64,000 nucleotides of DNA from Escherichia coli (GCF_024223415.1 NZ_CP100500.1), one strand, 5' to 3'. Positions 38,992-50,558 are shown, numbered from the stretch's first letter. The notes: generated by a model not told the origin, from the letters alone. A program made the numbers and translations.

Positions 38992-40971
38992 TCAGGTGCC
39001 GATTATGCCGCCGTCGGCTTTTACGATAACGACAGTTGAGGAGCGCGGACGACCAGCCTTATCGCCGTCAGGCCAGCTTGATACTGCCGTCGGATGCTGC
39101 GGATCGCTAAGCCCTTCGCTTGGCTCGCCAGGGTGCTGGATGTTAATAAACAGCGTCCGGTTATCCGGAGTGAACGCGATGCCGGTGATTTCGCAGCCGC
39201 GCGGGCCGGTCAGGAAGCGGCGGAACTCATTGGTACCGGGGATCGTCGCCACCATCTGGTTGTTGCCCATGCCTTTGTAATCTTTAATATTTATGGTTGA
39301 TGACGACACGTCGGTCTGGATCCATAGCACGCCGCGGTGATCGAAGCTCAGGCCATCGGCGCTGCCGAATTCCGCACCCTTCATGCTGCCTTTGGTTTCC
39401 GGTTTGTCTGTATCGGTGCGACCGCCCATCACAAGAATATCCCAGGCAAACTGCAGCGCGGTCGGGTCACCGTTATGCTCCAACCAGTGAATGATGTGGC
39501 CGTAAACGTTTTTGGCGCGCGGGTTGGCCGCATCCACTGGCGCTTTTCCTTCCGTACCGCGATCGCTGTTGTTGGTGAGCGTGCAGTAAACGCTGCCGGC
39601 GTGATATGGATCGACCGCAATCCACTCCGGGCGGTCCATTTTAGTGGCCCCCACGGCGTCTGCCGCCAGACGGGTTTTAATCAACAGGTCGCCCTGGTTT
39701 TCAAACCCTTTACTGGCGTCGAGCCCATTTTGTCCGAACACCAGCGGTAGCCACTCGCCTTTGCCGTCGTCGTTAAATTTCGCCACGTACAGAGTGCCTT
39801 TTTCCAGCAGGTGCATGTTGGCTTTGCGATCCTGCGGGTTGAATTTTCCTTCCGAGACAAATTTATATATGTATTCGAATTTCTGGTCATCGCCCATATA
39901 GACCACAACGCGGTTATCCGGGGCAATTGTCACCGCTGCGCCTTCGTGTTTGATGCGACCAAGCGCGGTGTGCTTGCGCGGCACTGAATGCGGATCGTAT
40001 GGATCGATTTCCACCACCCAGCCGAAGCGGTTCGGCTCGTTCGGCGTGGCGTCGACGCTGAACCTTTTATCCACTTCGTTCCAGCGGTAAGAGTCGTCGC
40101 TCCCGCTGATACCGTAACGTTTTTCCAGCGGGTTCATCTCTGCTTTTTTTACGAAAATATCGGACCAGTTCTCTTCACACGTCAGATAGGTGCCCCACGG
40201 CGTAAATCCGTTGGCACAGTTCTGCATGGTGCCGAGAATGATTTCGCCTTTCGGATCGTCAACTGTTTGCATCAGTGGGTTATGCAGCGCCGGACCGGTG
40301 ATTTTCATCGGCGTGTTAACGGTGATGCGGCGTGCGAACGATGACGGGCGCACCACTTCCCAGCCCAGGGGCACTTTTTTTACTTCAATGACCGACACGC
40401 CCATCGCGTTCTGGCCTTTAAGAGCTTTATCGGCGCTCCAGTTGGCATCGCCATCTTTAAACAGTAGACCGTTATCGATGTATTCATGGTTTATGGCAAG
40501 CAGGCCGTGATCGGAGCTGTTCCCGCCCTGCGGCAGGCTAAACCACGCCATGCCGTCGTGGTGCATCCCGGCCTGCGCCGCCTGTTCTTCCGTGGTGTTG
40601 CTACCGTCGGTTTTAAAAACCGGCAGATTTCCGGCAATCCCGGTGGCGTCGCCCCATTTGTAGAAGGGCTTCGCGATGTATCCTTCCGGCACGATAACGG
40701 TATCTTCCGTGGAAACCGGCAGGCTGGTGAAACCGAGCGTCGTCGCTTTGCCGAGGTTACCGCTTGCTTTGGAGACCACTTTCGCCAGCGCGTTTTCCTG
40801 TTTCAGCAGAAATGGGAACGCTGCCGCGGCACCGGCGACCGTGCCTGCCTGTAACAGACGGCGGCGTGACAAATAGACTTCCGCCACCTGCGAAAACGCG
40901 CGGTTATCGCTCGGGTTACTGATTTCTTCACTATGCTCACGTTTGAATAAAGTTTTTAACGGTCTGCCCAT
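38992..40971 (-). CDS. Tat-exported PhoX-family alkaline phosphatase (DUF839-like)
   Basis: 659 aa; twin-arginine signal SRRRLLQAGTVAGAAAAFPFL; length and composition as recalled for PhoX family; not part of K-12 core. Confidence 0.6.
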   Translation of the reverse strand: MGRPLKTLFKREHSEEISNPSDNRAFSQVAEVYLSRRRLLQAGTVAGAAAAFPFLLKQENALAKVVSKASGNLGKATTLGFTSLPVSTEDTVIVPEGYIAKPFYKWGDATGIAGNLPVFKTDGSNTTEEQAAQAGMHHDGMAWFSLPQGGNSSDHGLLAINHEYIDNGLLFKDGDANWSADKALKGQNAMGVSVIEVKKVPLGWEVVRPSSFARRITVNTPMKITGPALHNPLMQTVDDPKGEIILGTMQNCANGFTPWGTYLTCEENWSDIFVKKAEMNPLEKRYGISGSDDSYRWNEVDKRFSVDATPNEPNRFGWVVEIDPYDPHSVPRKHTALGRIKHEGAAVTIAPDNRVVVYMGDDQKFEYIYKFVSEGKFNPQDRKANMHLLEKGTLYVAKFNDDGKGEWLPLVFGQNGLDASKGFENQGDLLIKTRLAADAVGATKMDRPEWIAVDPYHAGSVYCTLTNNSDRGTEGKAPVDAANPRAKNVYGHIIHWLEHNGDPTALQFAWDILVMGGRTDTDKPETKGSMKGAEFGSADGLSFDHRGVLWIQTDVSSSTINIKDYKGMGNNQMVATIPGTNEFRRFLTGPRGCEITGIAFTPDNRTLFINIQHPGEPSEGLSDPQHPTAVSSWPDGDKAGRPRSSTVVIVKADGGIIGT

Positions 40972-41393
40972 TGCGGTTTCCTTTCAAAAAATCGATTTCA
41001 AGGGGAATCATTTTTATGCACGTGAGTCTACGGAAAGATTGTTACGGAAATATAACAATTGTCATAAAAAACCGGCGATAAAATCATCTATGGTCGGGAC
41101 GCGGTTTCAGGTATGATGTGAGGCTAGAATTCTGAACGCTCTCTTTTGTTGAGCATATATGGACGTCCCGGGTGAGGCAAGTACTGGTTCGATGCGGTTT
41201 GCGACCATATATCCGGCGTCGTTAGTAGGTTCAATGACCTGCGCCATGATGTTATCCGGGCCCTATTTCCTAATCACTACACCGGTATTTGATTACCCAG
41301 GTCAACTTCAGACTGTTACAGGGGCGGTAGCCGTTATCTCATCAGTGAATGTAAACTCAGTTAAAAATATTTTCTATAACTTACTGTTTTTAT

Positions 41394-41603
41394 TTAATTC
41401 ATCACAACGGCCTTCTGCATATTAAAATCAATACTATCGCTCAAAACACGCCAGATGATTCTTGTCAGCTTGTTCGCCAGCGCACCAGTGGTTTTCAGGA
41501 ACCCTCGACGGGCTTCCATCCTTTGCAGACAAATACTCAGACTGTCAGTGAGCTTTTTCACACAGCGCATTACAGACTGAAATGGCACACTGAATTTGGT
41601 CAC
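41394..41603 (-). pseudogene. Transposase C-terminal fragment (IS110-family-like)
   Basis: 69-aa ORF ending ...ALANKLTRIIWRVLSD..., resembling IS110-family transposase C-termini. Confidence 0.3.
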
Positions 41604-41649
41604 CTGAACAGAGGTGATATGCTCACCTCAGAACAAGACTGGTGCCCTA

Positions 41650-42350
<701 letters not shown>

Positions 42351-42356
42351 CTAGCT

Positions 42357-42393
<37 letters not shown>

Positions 42394-42732
42394 TAATTAC
42401 ACTGTGGGTTGACGCCGGAAGAATCAGAGAACAGATACCGTTCTTACTGTAAAACGTGGCTAATATTAATTGAGCACTGCAGTGTTCAGAGCACAAAGAA
42501 GAAAAAAGATGTGTGCGAATGCCTGTAATGTGTTAAAAGAATGTTCCGCGTTTCCGGTACGCTTTTCGTAACTAACAATGCAGGGTGACGTAACGCTGGT
42601 TGTGCCGGAAACGCGTCCCTCCCCCTATCTTTCCTGTTTGGATTTGCCCCTATATTTCTGGATTATCCGACAAAACCGGCGTGAAGTATTACTCTCGTCG
42701 CCCAGCACCATAAGGATAACGCCCATAAAATC

Positions 42733-43098
42733 ATGAAACTTTTCTTCCAGATTGGATACAATCAGGCCGTATCCCGTATTACAGGCTTATCACGTGTGAC
42801 AGTCAGTCTCTGGGTGTGTTCAGGAACATTCCCTGAAATGTCAACCCGGCCTCCAGAGCGAGGACTTCTGGACCCATGGAGGGAGTGGTTAAAAGAGCAA
42901 CGAGAAAGTGGTAACTTCGGCGCGTGGCTGCAAGGATGGCAGCTGATGCTGCGGCTATATGTGAGGCAATCAGCAGTCGCTGGAATAATGGGGGTTGTCG
43001 AAAGTCATGTAAATCGACTAAAAATGCTGAAAGGCCAGATGTATGGTCGAGCCGGATTTGAACTACTCAGGCAGAGGGTCATGAGTCCACTGGCATGA
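42733..43098 (+). CDS. Hypothetical protein with AlpA-like HTH N-terminus
   Basis: 121-aa ORF; N-terminal ...AVSRITGLSRVTVSLWVCSGTFPE resembles AlpA-family phage/ICE regulators; weak. Confidence 0.3.
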   Translation: MKLFFQIGYNQAVSRITGLSRVTVSLWVCSGTFPEMSTRPPERGLLDPWREWLKEQRESGNFGAWLQGWQLMLRLYVRQSAVAGIMGVVESHVNRLKMLKGQMYGRAGFELLRQRVMSPLA

Positions 43099-43306
43099 AA
43101 ATCTCCATCCAGGTTGCGTAAGAGCCACTTTTCATCCGTCGTCGATATCTGGGATAGCCATAGTGAAATAAAAAGCTGTCTGAATTAAATTATTTTGCAC
43201 ATATATTTTAATCCTGCACTGAATTAAGAATGGGTAATCAGTGACCGCTTGGACGGTCACTTTTAAGAGAAGGCATTAACAGAGAATGGTAAACAGGCTC
43301 AATATA

Positions 43307-43757
43307 TTATGTTGTTGGCACTACAGATGAATGATGGGATGATATTTTCCAATCCTTTCCATCCCACTCATAAGCGAAACTATAGCGTGCTGAAACTTGT
43401 TTTTTATCTTCAAAAGTAAACGTGTAATTCCCTGTATCAAGAGCCATATTGCATCCAATGCGAATAGTTCTGAAGTTTATTTCTCCAACAGTTTTTTTTT
43501 CAAAAAATGCTCAAAATAGTCAACTCTTTCTGCATCTGTAATCCTAATTTTTTTTGATACTGTGGGCAGTAAGATCGCATCACTTAAATAGTTATCAGCA
43601 ACCTTCTTGGCATCACCTGTTTTTAATGATTCATTCCAGCGATCGAATAACCTTTCAATGTCTTTACTATCTACCCGAATACACTTAACATTATCTACGT
43701 CACTTGCCCACGACGCTCCAGAAAACAGACACAGAATTAAAATATTTATTTTTTCAT
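43307..43757 (-). pseudogene. Small secreted NTF2-like (SnoaL/DUF4440-like) protein gene interrupted at two homopolymer tracts
   Basis: AGGAGG then ATG at 43755-43757 followed by A6 and immediate stop; +1 frame encodes signal peptide KINILILCLFSGASWASD...; second shift at A9 tract (plus-strand T9, 43492-43500); restoring A7 and A10 gives about 150-aa ORF ending ...WDGKDWKISSHHSSVVPTT. Confidence 0.5.
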
Positions 43758-43991
43758 AACTCCTCCTGATCAGCCTGAAACTTTTTTAAAGTTTAATCAT
43801 ATTAATACAGTGCAACTATTTGATAGTAAAAACGATGTTCTCTATTTTGTTAATAGATACTTCCTATTGTGTATATATTATGAGATTATTAAGAATAATA
43901 CTCTCTGGGTCGTAGAGACAGGGTATAAGTCACAGGCTGGTGTGGTTCGGATGTTCTTGCCCCCTCAATATCAGACTGCTATTGTATCTTA

Positions 43992-44370
43992 AGTTAACGT
44001 TATCCGCTGACGTCGATATTCCCGTGGTGAGAGATAACCTAACGCACTATGCGGATGGTTTTCATTGTAATGCTCGAACGCCTCTGCAAGGTTATGCAAT
44101 GCCGTTATTACATTCAGTTTCGGCATGAACGCGATGTAGTCTTCATTCACGTTTTCACGAACCTTTCTGCCATTCTATTGCTCTGAGGGCTACTGACTGC
44201 CGTCGTGCAGGGCTCCAGATTCAACTCTCTGGCGAATTGCCGTGTTTCATGAGCCGTATAAGCCGAACCGTTATCCGTCCGCCACTGGATTGCTCGTTCC
44301 GGTCCTTTATCGCCAAAGCGTTTTTCTATCGCTCCTAACATCACATCCTGCACTGTCGGCTTTATCGTAA
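43992..44370 (-). pseudogene. Diverged IS2-group 3' fragment (partial InsD-like orfB plus terminal repeat)
   Basis: About 80% nucleotide similarity to the IS2 3' region at 30120-30520; encodes ...[45 protein letters not shown] similar to InsD. Confidence 0.7.
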
Positions 44371-44655
44371 CCTCCCGTACTGGTCACGGGCAGACTGTTC
44401 ATCATGTTAAACCCAGCCGCTGTCAGATCATGCACCGGCCGGATGGCGGGCTGACCTGCCCCGCCGCGCTGCTGCCCGCCAATCCATTTCTTACCTTCCT
44501 TCCCGGTGGCCTGACGTCCGGCCTCGTCCCCTTTCACCGCATCACCGTCACCGCTGTTCACCACCTTCTTGTACTCTTCCAGCATCGCTGGCCTGCGTCC
44601 ATTTGCTGCGATCAGAAAAGTCCATCATCCGTTTTGCCATGTTCTGGCAGTTCAG

Positions 44656-45117
44656 TTACGCCTTGTCGAAAGCCACATTCGCCTGCAGCACACCGTTGGT
44701 GATCATGTCGTACAGGCCGGGGTTGGCACGCTGTATCACCATCGCCGGCAGACTGGCAGCGGCGCCGGTCGCCCCCTGAATCACATCCCCCATCAGATTT
44801 TTAAAGCCGTCGGTCAATCCGTTAAGATGATTACCCACCGTGGTCTTCAGGTCAAAGTTGCCGCACATCAGATCGCTGCTCCAGCCCAGGTCCATACCCA
44901 GCTTCTGCATGTTGCTGCGCGTGGCCAACTGTGAGATCACCGAGCCGCCACCCAGCGTATAGAACAGTTTGTCGGATACGGCGCCATCCACGGATTTCCC
45001 GTAACCGAACGTGCTGTCATTCAGTTTCGGCAGGGAAAGAAGATCAGCCATCGCCGGAATACTGCAGTACAGCATCACACTCAGTGCCACCATACCTGTT
45101 TTCATCTTCATCATCAT
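44656..45117 (-). pseudogene. Conjugative-element transfer protein fragment (TraH-like?), 3'-truncated
   Basis: 153-aa ORF with signal peptide MMMKMKTGMVALSVMLYCSIPAMA; reading frame breaks downstream and abuts the IS2-like fragment; family assignment tentative. Confidence 0.3.
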
Positions 45118-45123
45118 GGTTCC

Positions 45124-46098
45124 TTAAAAATTCGTACTGCCAAGGAATCGCTGCCCGCGCTTTTCGAAGCAGCTGTAAGGCTGCCACAGTGCAAAGGCTG
45201 CATTACCGTTCTCCGCTGCCTGGTGTTCACCATCCGGGAAAACGGCACAGGAACGCGACACTGACGGCGTCAGTCGCTGCCATTTGTGATTGCGGGTGCC
45301 GGTGTTTTCCTCCACCGCCTCCGGGGGCCACTAGCCGTCACGTTTCACGCCCTTAACCTCCCTGTAGACATGCGACTCCCCCATCCGCGTGATAATGTCG
45401 GCCACCCGCTGAGCCCCCACCGCCGCGGCCCGGTCATCATCGGTCTGCATCACAAAACCACTCCGGTGATAAACGCTCCCCCACATGTTTTTATCGGCCT
45501 AGCTGCCAATCTCGCGTTTGCCGGGAACCTGTGCCTCTGGATACAGGGATTCAGGTAATCCCGTTCGCTAGACGATGCTGTCCAGGGTACTGAGGAAATA
45601 GGCCATGGCCGGTGTCACCGGTGAATCACAGCTGAATCCGGGTACCATCCCGCCGATAAGCTGTGTGGCCGGATGACCCAGCGCATCTGCGTATTTGAAA
45701 CGAATGGCTGAACGGCGCTTCCCCTGTATTTTCATATCCGCCGGATTTCCCCCGCCGGCACTCAGCCCGGACAGGCCGTCAGTGATGGCATTCTCCGGGC
45801 CACCTGCGGTCCGGCTGACCAGCGACATCTCTTTCCAGGGATTACCACCCGGTGCCGTATAGGTGGAAATAACCACTTCCGGGATGAAATGTGTCACCTT
45901 CACGGAAATTCTGACCGTACAGCCAGACGCGCTGCAGTAAAGCCAGTAACAAATCCCGCTGACACGCCAGCTGATATAGTCCGGTGCCGCAGTACTGGCG
46001 ATAATGCTGGCGGTGTTCAGTGATACAGACGCCAGGGGCAGTGATGCCACACTCAGTAACAGCACGCCGGTACGCAGACGACATTTCAGGGACATCAT
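45124..46098 (-). pseudogene. Conjugative-element transfer protein (TraU-like?) split by frameshifts/stops
   Basis: 176-aa N-terminal ORF with signal peptide and Cys-rich segment (ICYWLYCSASGC), continued in other frames to about 45124; total about TraU size. Confidence 0.3.
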
Positions 46099-46211
46099 GG
46101 CTGCACTCCTCCCTCAGCACGGATTTTCCCGGCCATCACCACATCCATGGTGCCGTAAACCACCTCACTGTCATCAAACACCACGGCAGGGTATTTCTTC
46201 ACGCCCAGCGA

Positions 46212-46490
46212 CTAGGCATGTGCCACATCGCGGTAATGACCGGCCAGTTCCGCCTGCATCGTCTGCCATTCGGGAGACTTCATACGTACCCTGACCACCG
46301 ATTCAGCCTCACCCGCATCAGCAGGCAACAGGCCCCAAAAGCGGCTCTGAAGCTGCTCAGGCGCATCCAGCAGAACCACCCTGACACCATCAGGAGGATT
46401 AACGGGAAGATGCTGAGAATCGGTATAAATTGTTGTGCCGGCAGACGCTGCCAGCGGCAGGAAAAACAGGGAACAGAAAATCCGGTACAT
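46212..46490 (-). CDS. Small secreted protein of conjugative-element remnant
   Basis: 92-aa ORF with signal peptide MYRIFCSLFFLPLAASA; upstream of the TraU-like fragment on same strand. Confidence 0.3.
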   Translation of the reverse strand: MYRIFCSLFFLPLAASAGTTIYTDSQHLPVNPPDGVRVVLLDAPEQLQSRFWGLLPADAGEAESVVRVRMKSPEWQTMQAELAGHYRDVAHA

Positions 46491-46686
46491 CGCACGCTGT
46501 CAGTCAGATATTATCTGACTGACAGCGTGCGAAGAAAGCGCTCATTTATCAGCAATAAATTAAAAACGGGATTAAAAAATTACGGTGGGATCCGGGGAAG
46601 TGTATCTGCCAAGCATAACAGACAGTCTGTGATTATACCCGGCCTTTCACAAAGCCGGGGAACTGATTCATACCAAGTGGTGATTT

Positions 46687-46938
46687 TCAACAATAAGTAT
46701 AATGAGGTTGTCCCGGCACCGGTGGCAGTGGTTCGAGATAGACGTCATCAACAAAAACACAGGGGAATTTTTCAACTGCACATCCAGCACGCTCAGACAT
46801 TACCTTCAGACTGATACCATGTTTCTCAGCATCAATAAAGAGGACATCTGCCCCTGTTTCATCCCGGAGATTTGTCGCATGATGCATGATCCGGTGTACT
46901 GAAGGACATGTTTTGTAACCAAAAACACATATACGCAT
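46687..46938 (-). CDS. Small thioredoxin-fold/glutaredoxin-like protein (monothiol CPS motif)
   Basis: ORF trimmed to Met (MRICVFGYKTCPSVHRIMHH...), 83 aa; beta-alpha-beta start with CP motif; weak. Confidence 0.3.
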   Translation of the reverse strand: MRICVFGYKTCPSVHRIMHHATNLRDETGADVLFIDAEKHGISLKVMSERAGCAVEKFPCVFVDDVYLEPLPPVPGQPHYTYC

Positions 46939-47424
46939 GTTGCACCTCCTGATCACTGGTTGACGCCGATAATAAAACAATAATGTGAGCGTAAAAAATG
47001 CACCTCATACCACATTTCTGTAAAAGGCTCTGGCTATCACTGCAAAAAGCAAAATCTTAATTCCAGCATCACTTGTTACTCTCATTCCGTCACTTATATT
47101 TACCCACATGGCGATGTATTTAATTACTGCCCATAAGAATAAAAGCCGCTGGCGGATTATTTCTTTATTACCCGGATGCGGTCACAAGCCCACACATCGT
47201 CAACTACCTGCCGGTAATATTAACTGTCAGAAGAACGCATACATCCGGATGTTTACAGAGTCGCGCGCCTGGTCACAGGTGACAACAGAAGTATGCCATA
47301 CTAAAGGAGTAAACGGCGGGTCACTGGTGATCAAACACCTGCATCGTGTGTTGCTGCCACTGCCCTCAGGTGACAGAGGCAGCATCTTTACGTATTATAA
47401 TGCGTTATATCGGGTTTGTTGTTA

Positions 47425-49512
47425 TCAGAACTGATAGTTCAGCGACATCCAGTAATTTCTCTCAGGTATCACATAACCCGTTGTCGATGCCCCCGTCTGG
47501 AAGTAATCACCCGCATAAAGCGTACCACTGCCGGCACGATACAGACTTACGTCACTGTAATCCTTGTTAAGCACATTATTCACCGCTGCATTCAGCATCA
47601 GTGCATCCGTCACTTTCCACGACATGCCCGCATCCAGTACCGTCCAGGCTTTCAGATATTCACCTTTCTCATCATACACTTTCTTCTGTACAGCTGAGAG
47701 TGACGAATAATTCTGGGTGAAACGTGGCGTTTTCCCGCGGTAACGGGCACCCAGCCATGATGTCACCTCTTCAGTAATCTGCCAGTTCAGTTTCGCATTC
47801 ACCATATGCTCAGGGGTGTAACTCAGTGGTGCACCTTTATTATCCCCATCCCGTTGTTCACTCTGCGTCCAGGTATAATTCAGAGACAGAGTCACATCCT
47901 CTGACAACAGAGGCAGTGTGCCGGCAAATTCCACGCCCTGAGTCCTGGCCTTTCCGCTGTTTGTGTAGCTGCGGGTATTATCATCAATGGAATAAGATAC
48001 GATCTTGTTGGAGAATTCTGTCATAAAGCCCGTGATATTGGCGTTCAGACCGGCATGATTATCGTAATACACGCCCGCTTCATAACTGACACTCTCCTCC
48101 GGCTTCAGGTCCGGGTTACCGAGAAGATTCGTACGCCCCTGACCGGACACACCGCTGATCCCCTTATGTAACTGCCCCATGCTGGGCGCCTTATATCCCG
48201 TGGTCACCCCACCTTTCAGCGTCCACGCATCAGTCACATCCCAGACCATATATGCCCGGGGACTGAAGTGTCCTCCGAACACCTCATAGCGTTCATAGCG
48301 GCTACCCGCAGTCAGTGCAAATGCATCCGTGATATACCACTCATCCTCAACAAATGCCGACCAGCTTTTCTGACGGAAGGTTTCACCAGTACTGGCGAGA
48401 ACAACCCCGTCTTTCATGGAGGAGTTCTGATACTCACCACCGACGGTAACCTTGTGTGATTCCCCCAGAGGTGCAAACAGTAATGAGCTCAGGATAAGAT
48501 TCGACTCCTTAAGCTCCCTCGGCTGGCCGGCAAGCCCCCATTTATCACGCTGCAGTACGCTACGTACAAGCTGACGGCCTTTATTTTCCGTCTCATTCCA
48601 GTTCAGGGATGACTTCCAGGCTCCGAAGGTGAATGTATGATCATAGCCTGCTGAAATTTTATTACGCTCATAGCGCAGGGTGCGATCATAACCGCCCGTC
48701 AGACTGCCCAGCTGGCCATCTCGGTTATCATAACGCTGCCGGGCGATATCCATATCAATCCAGAGTACATCCTTGTCCGTCGCTTTCCAGTCAAGACGAC
48801 CACCTGCATTATAATTCTGTGATTCCGTGGGATAAGGGATACGCGTAGCTGAGGTGTCGCTCAGTGATGTGACCGATGAGCCCTGACGCTGCTGTGTGCT
48901 GCCACGTACCTGAAGGCTGAGTGAATCATCCACAAGGGGACCGCTGCTCCAGAAATTAAACTGGCTGCTGTTCCCCCATTTGTTACTTTCCTGCAGGTTC
49001 AGCCCGGCATTAACCGAAGAGCGCCATTTGTCTGCATTCTTTTTGGTGATGATATTCACCACGCCCCCCATGGCATCAGAGCCGTACAGAGTGGACATGG
49101 GGCCCCTGATAATCTCAATACGTTCGATGGCGGCCAGAGGTGGCATAAAACCCGTATTCATGGCAGCATAACCGTTTGGGGTTACGTCACTGCTCCCGCC
49201 CTGACGGACACCATCGATCAGTATCAGCGTATAACTGGCAGGCATTCCGCGGATGCTGATTTCCAGCCCACCTGTTTTACCCGTACCGCTTTCAACATCC
49301 ACCCCCTCTACGGATCTCAGTGCCTCCCCCAGATCATGATACTGGCTGGATCGCAAATCCTCCTGGCTGATCACTGAAACACTCGCAGCTGCACTGGTTA
49401 ATTTTTTTTCATAGCCAGACGCCGTGACTACCATCACATCTTCCGCAGCCATACTGCTGACTGAAAACCCGAGACAAGGGATGGCTACTGAAGCCAGAGT
49501 GGTTACTCGCAT
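47425..49512 (-). CDS. iha: TonB-dependent outer-membrane siderophore receptor/adhesin, IrgA homologue (Iha-like)
   Basis: 695 aa; signal peptide, TonB box region (DVMVVTAS), plug motif IERIEIIRGPMSTLYGSDAMGGVVNIITKK, C-terminal ...WMSLNYQF; closely resembles recalled IrgA/Iha. Confidence 0.7.
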   Translation of the reverse strand: MRVTTLASVAIPCLGFSVSSMAAEDVMVVTASGYEKKLTSAAASVSVISQEDLRSSQYHDLGEALRSVEGVDVESGTGKTGGLEISIRGMPASYTLILIDGVRQGGSSDVTPNGYAAMNTGFMPPLAAIERIEIIRGPMSTLYGSDAMGGVVNIITKKNADKWRSSVNAGLNLQESNKWGNSSQFNFWSSGPLVDDSLSLQVRGSTQQRQGSSVTSLSDTSATRIPYPTESQNYNAGGRLDWKATDKDVLWIDMDIARQRYDNRDGQLGSLTGGYDRTLRYERNKISAGYDHTFTFGAWKSSLNWNETENKGRQLVRSVLQRDKWGLAGQPRELKESNLILSSLLFAPLGESHKVTVGGEYQNSSMKDGVVLASTGETFRQKSWSAFVEDEWYITDAFALTAGSRYERYEVFGGHFSPRAYMVWDVTDAWTLKGGVTTGYKAPSMGQLHKGISGVSGQGRTNLLGNPDLKPEESVSYEAGVYYDNHAGLNANITGFMTEFSNKIVSYSIDDNTRSYTNSGKARTQGVEFAGTLPLLSEDVTLSLNYTWTQSEQRDGDNKGAPLSYTPEHMVNAKLNWQITEEVTSWLGARYRGKTPRFTQNYSSLSAVQKKVYDEKGEYLKAWTVLDAGMSWKVTDALMLNAAVNNVLNKDYSDVSLYRAGSGTLYAGDYFQTGASTTGYVIPERNYWMSLNYQF

Positions 49513-49561
49513 ATCTTCTCTCCGATTATATTAATCAGAGAGAAGATAAACAAACGCAAGA

Positions 49562-49580
49562 GATAATGAGAATGATTTGC
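49562..49580. promoter_or_regulatory. Fur box upstream of iha-like receptor
   Basis: gataatgagaatgatttgc, 15/19 match to Fur consensus GATAATGATAATCATTATC, about 50 bp upstream of the receptor start. Confidence 0.65.
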
Positions 49581-49824
49581 TTTTGGTTTTTACATAAAAA
49601 AGTAAAAAATTACAAAATATTACATAAGGTTCTACTATACCCCGAATTTCAGTTGAGGACGTTCTTTTCTCTAGGGGAAAGTAACGGATAGCAATCGTTG
49701 ACGATCCATATCGGATTTTTGCACTATGGGTATTTATCCAATCTTTATCAGTTTCTTGTCCTTGGATATGTTAATCATACACTATCGGATATTTCGTACA
49801 TCAGACAGGTGAATATAATTAATA

Positions 49825-50109
49825 ATGAGGAGTTTTATGGACAATAGAACAATTACTCTGCAGGAATTACTCGAGTACATGTCAATGCTTCGAGACGACA
49901 TGAATGCTCTCACGGTTGCATTTTCATATCTGGCTTCATCGCTTCCTAAGGAACAGATGATACAAATACTGGCATTCATTCATTTTGAATCAAATAATTC
50001 CAGATGGTCTTCAGAACAGCAGAAATCTTTCAAATGGCTAGCATCACTACTGGAGGGCTGTTATACAGTTCACACAAACATTTTTGATATACCATCAAAG
50101 AACCACTAG
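49825..50109 (+). CDS. Hypothetical small protein (AT-rich, island cargo)
   Basis: 94-aa ORF with ATG start, divergent from iha-like gene; no recognisable motif. Confidence 0.3.
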   Translation: MRSFMDNRTITLQELLEYMSMLRDDMNALTVAFSYLASSLPKEQMIQILAFIHFESNNSRWSSEQQKSFKWLASLLEGCYTVHTNIFDIPSKNH

Positions 50110-50432
50110 TACATTATGATACATTCCCTCTGAAATATATTTCTACTTTGAGCGCCTCTGACTTTATGAGGCGCTTTGTCCAGCAAACCAAACATACTCG
50201 CTGGAAACAGAGTAAAGTATTATTATCCCCGATACATCTATATTTTACAACAGCGCATCCATATATTAATTAACGATGCAGTTAAGTTCCCCATTCTACC
50301 CAATTTACTGTTTTTGTTGTTTGAAAGAAGACTCTCATTAAGTGAGAGCCATCTGTAAGTATCCCGCATAATCGCTCCATTCATATTTAGAGATCATCCG
50401 GAATAATCAATCTGATAACGAAGAAAATCGCT

Positions 50433-50558
50433 ATGCGTAAAGCCCGTATTACTGAGTATTAGATCATCGCTGTAATTAAATCGGTTGAAACCGGACGAAC
50501 AATTAAAGATGTTTGTCGGGAAGCCGGTATTTCTGAAGCCACTTACTACATCTATTGA
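50433..50558 (+). pseudogene. IS3-family orfA fragment with in-frame stops
   Basis: MRKARITEY*IIAVIKSVETGRTIKDVCREAGISEATYY - HTH region typical of IS3-family OrfA. Confidence 0.5.
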
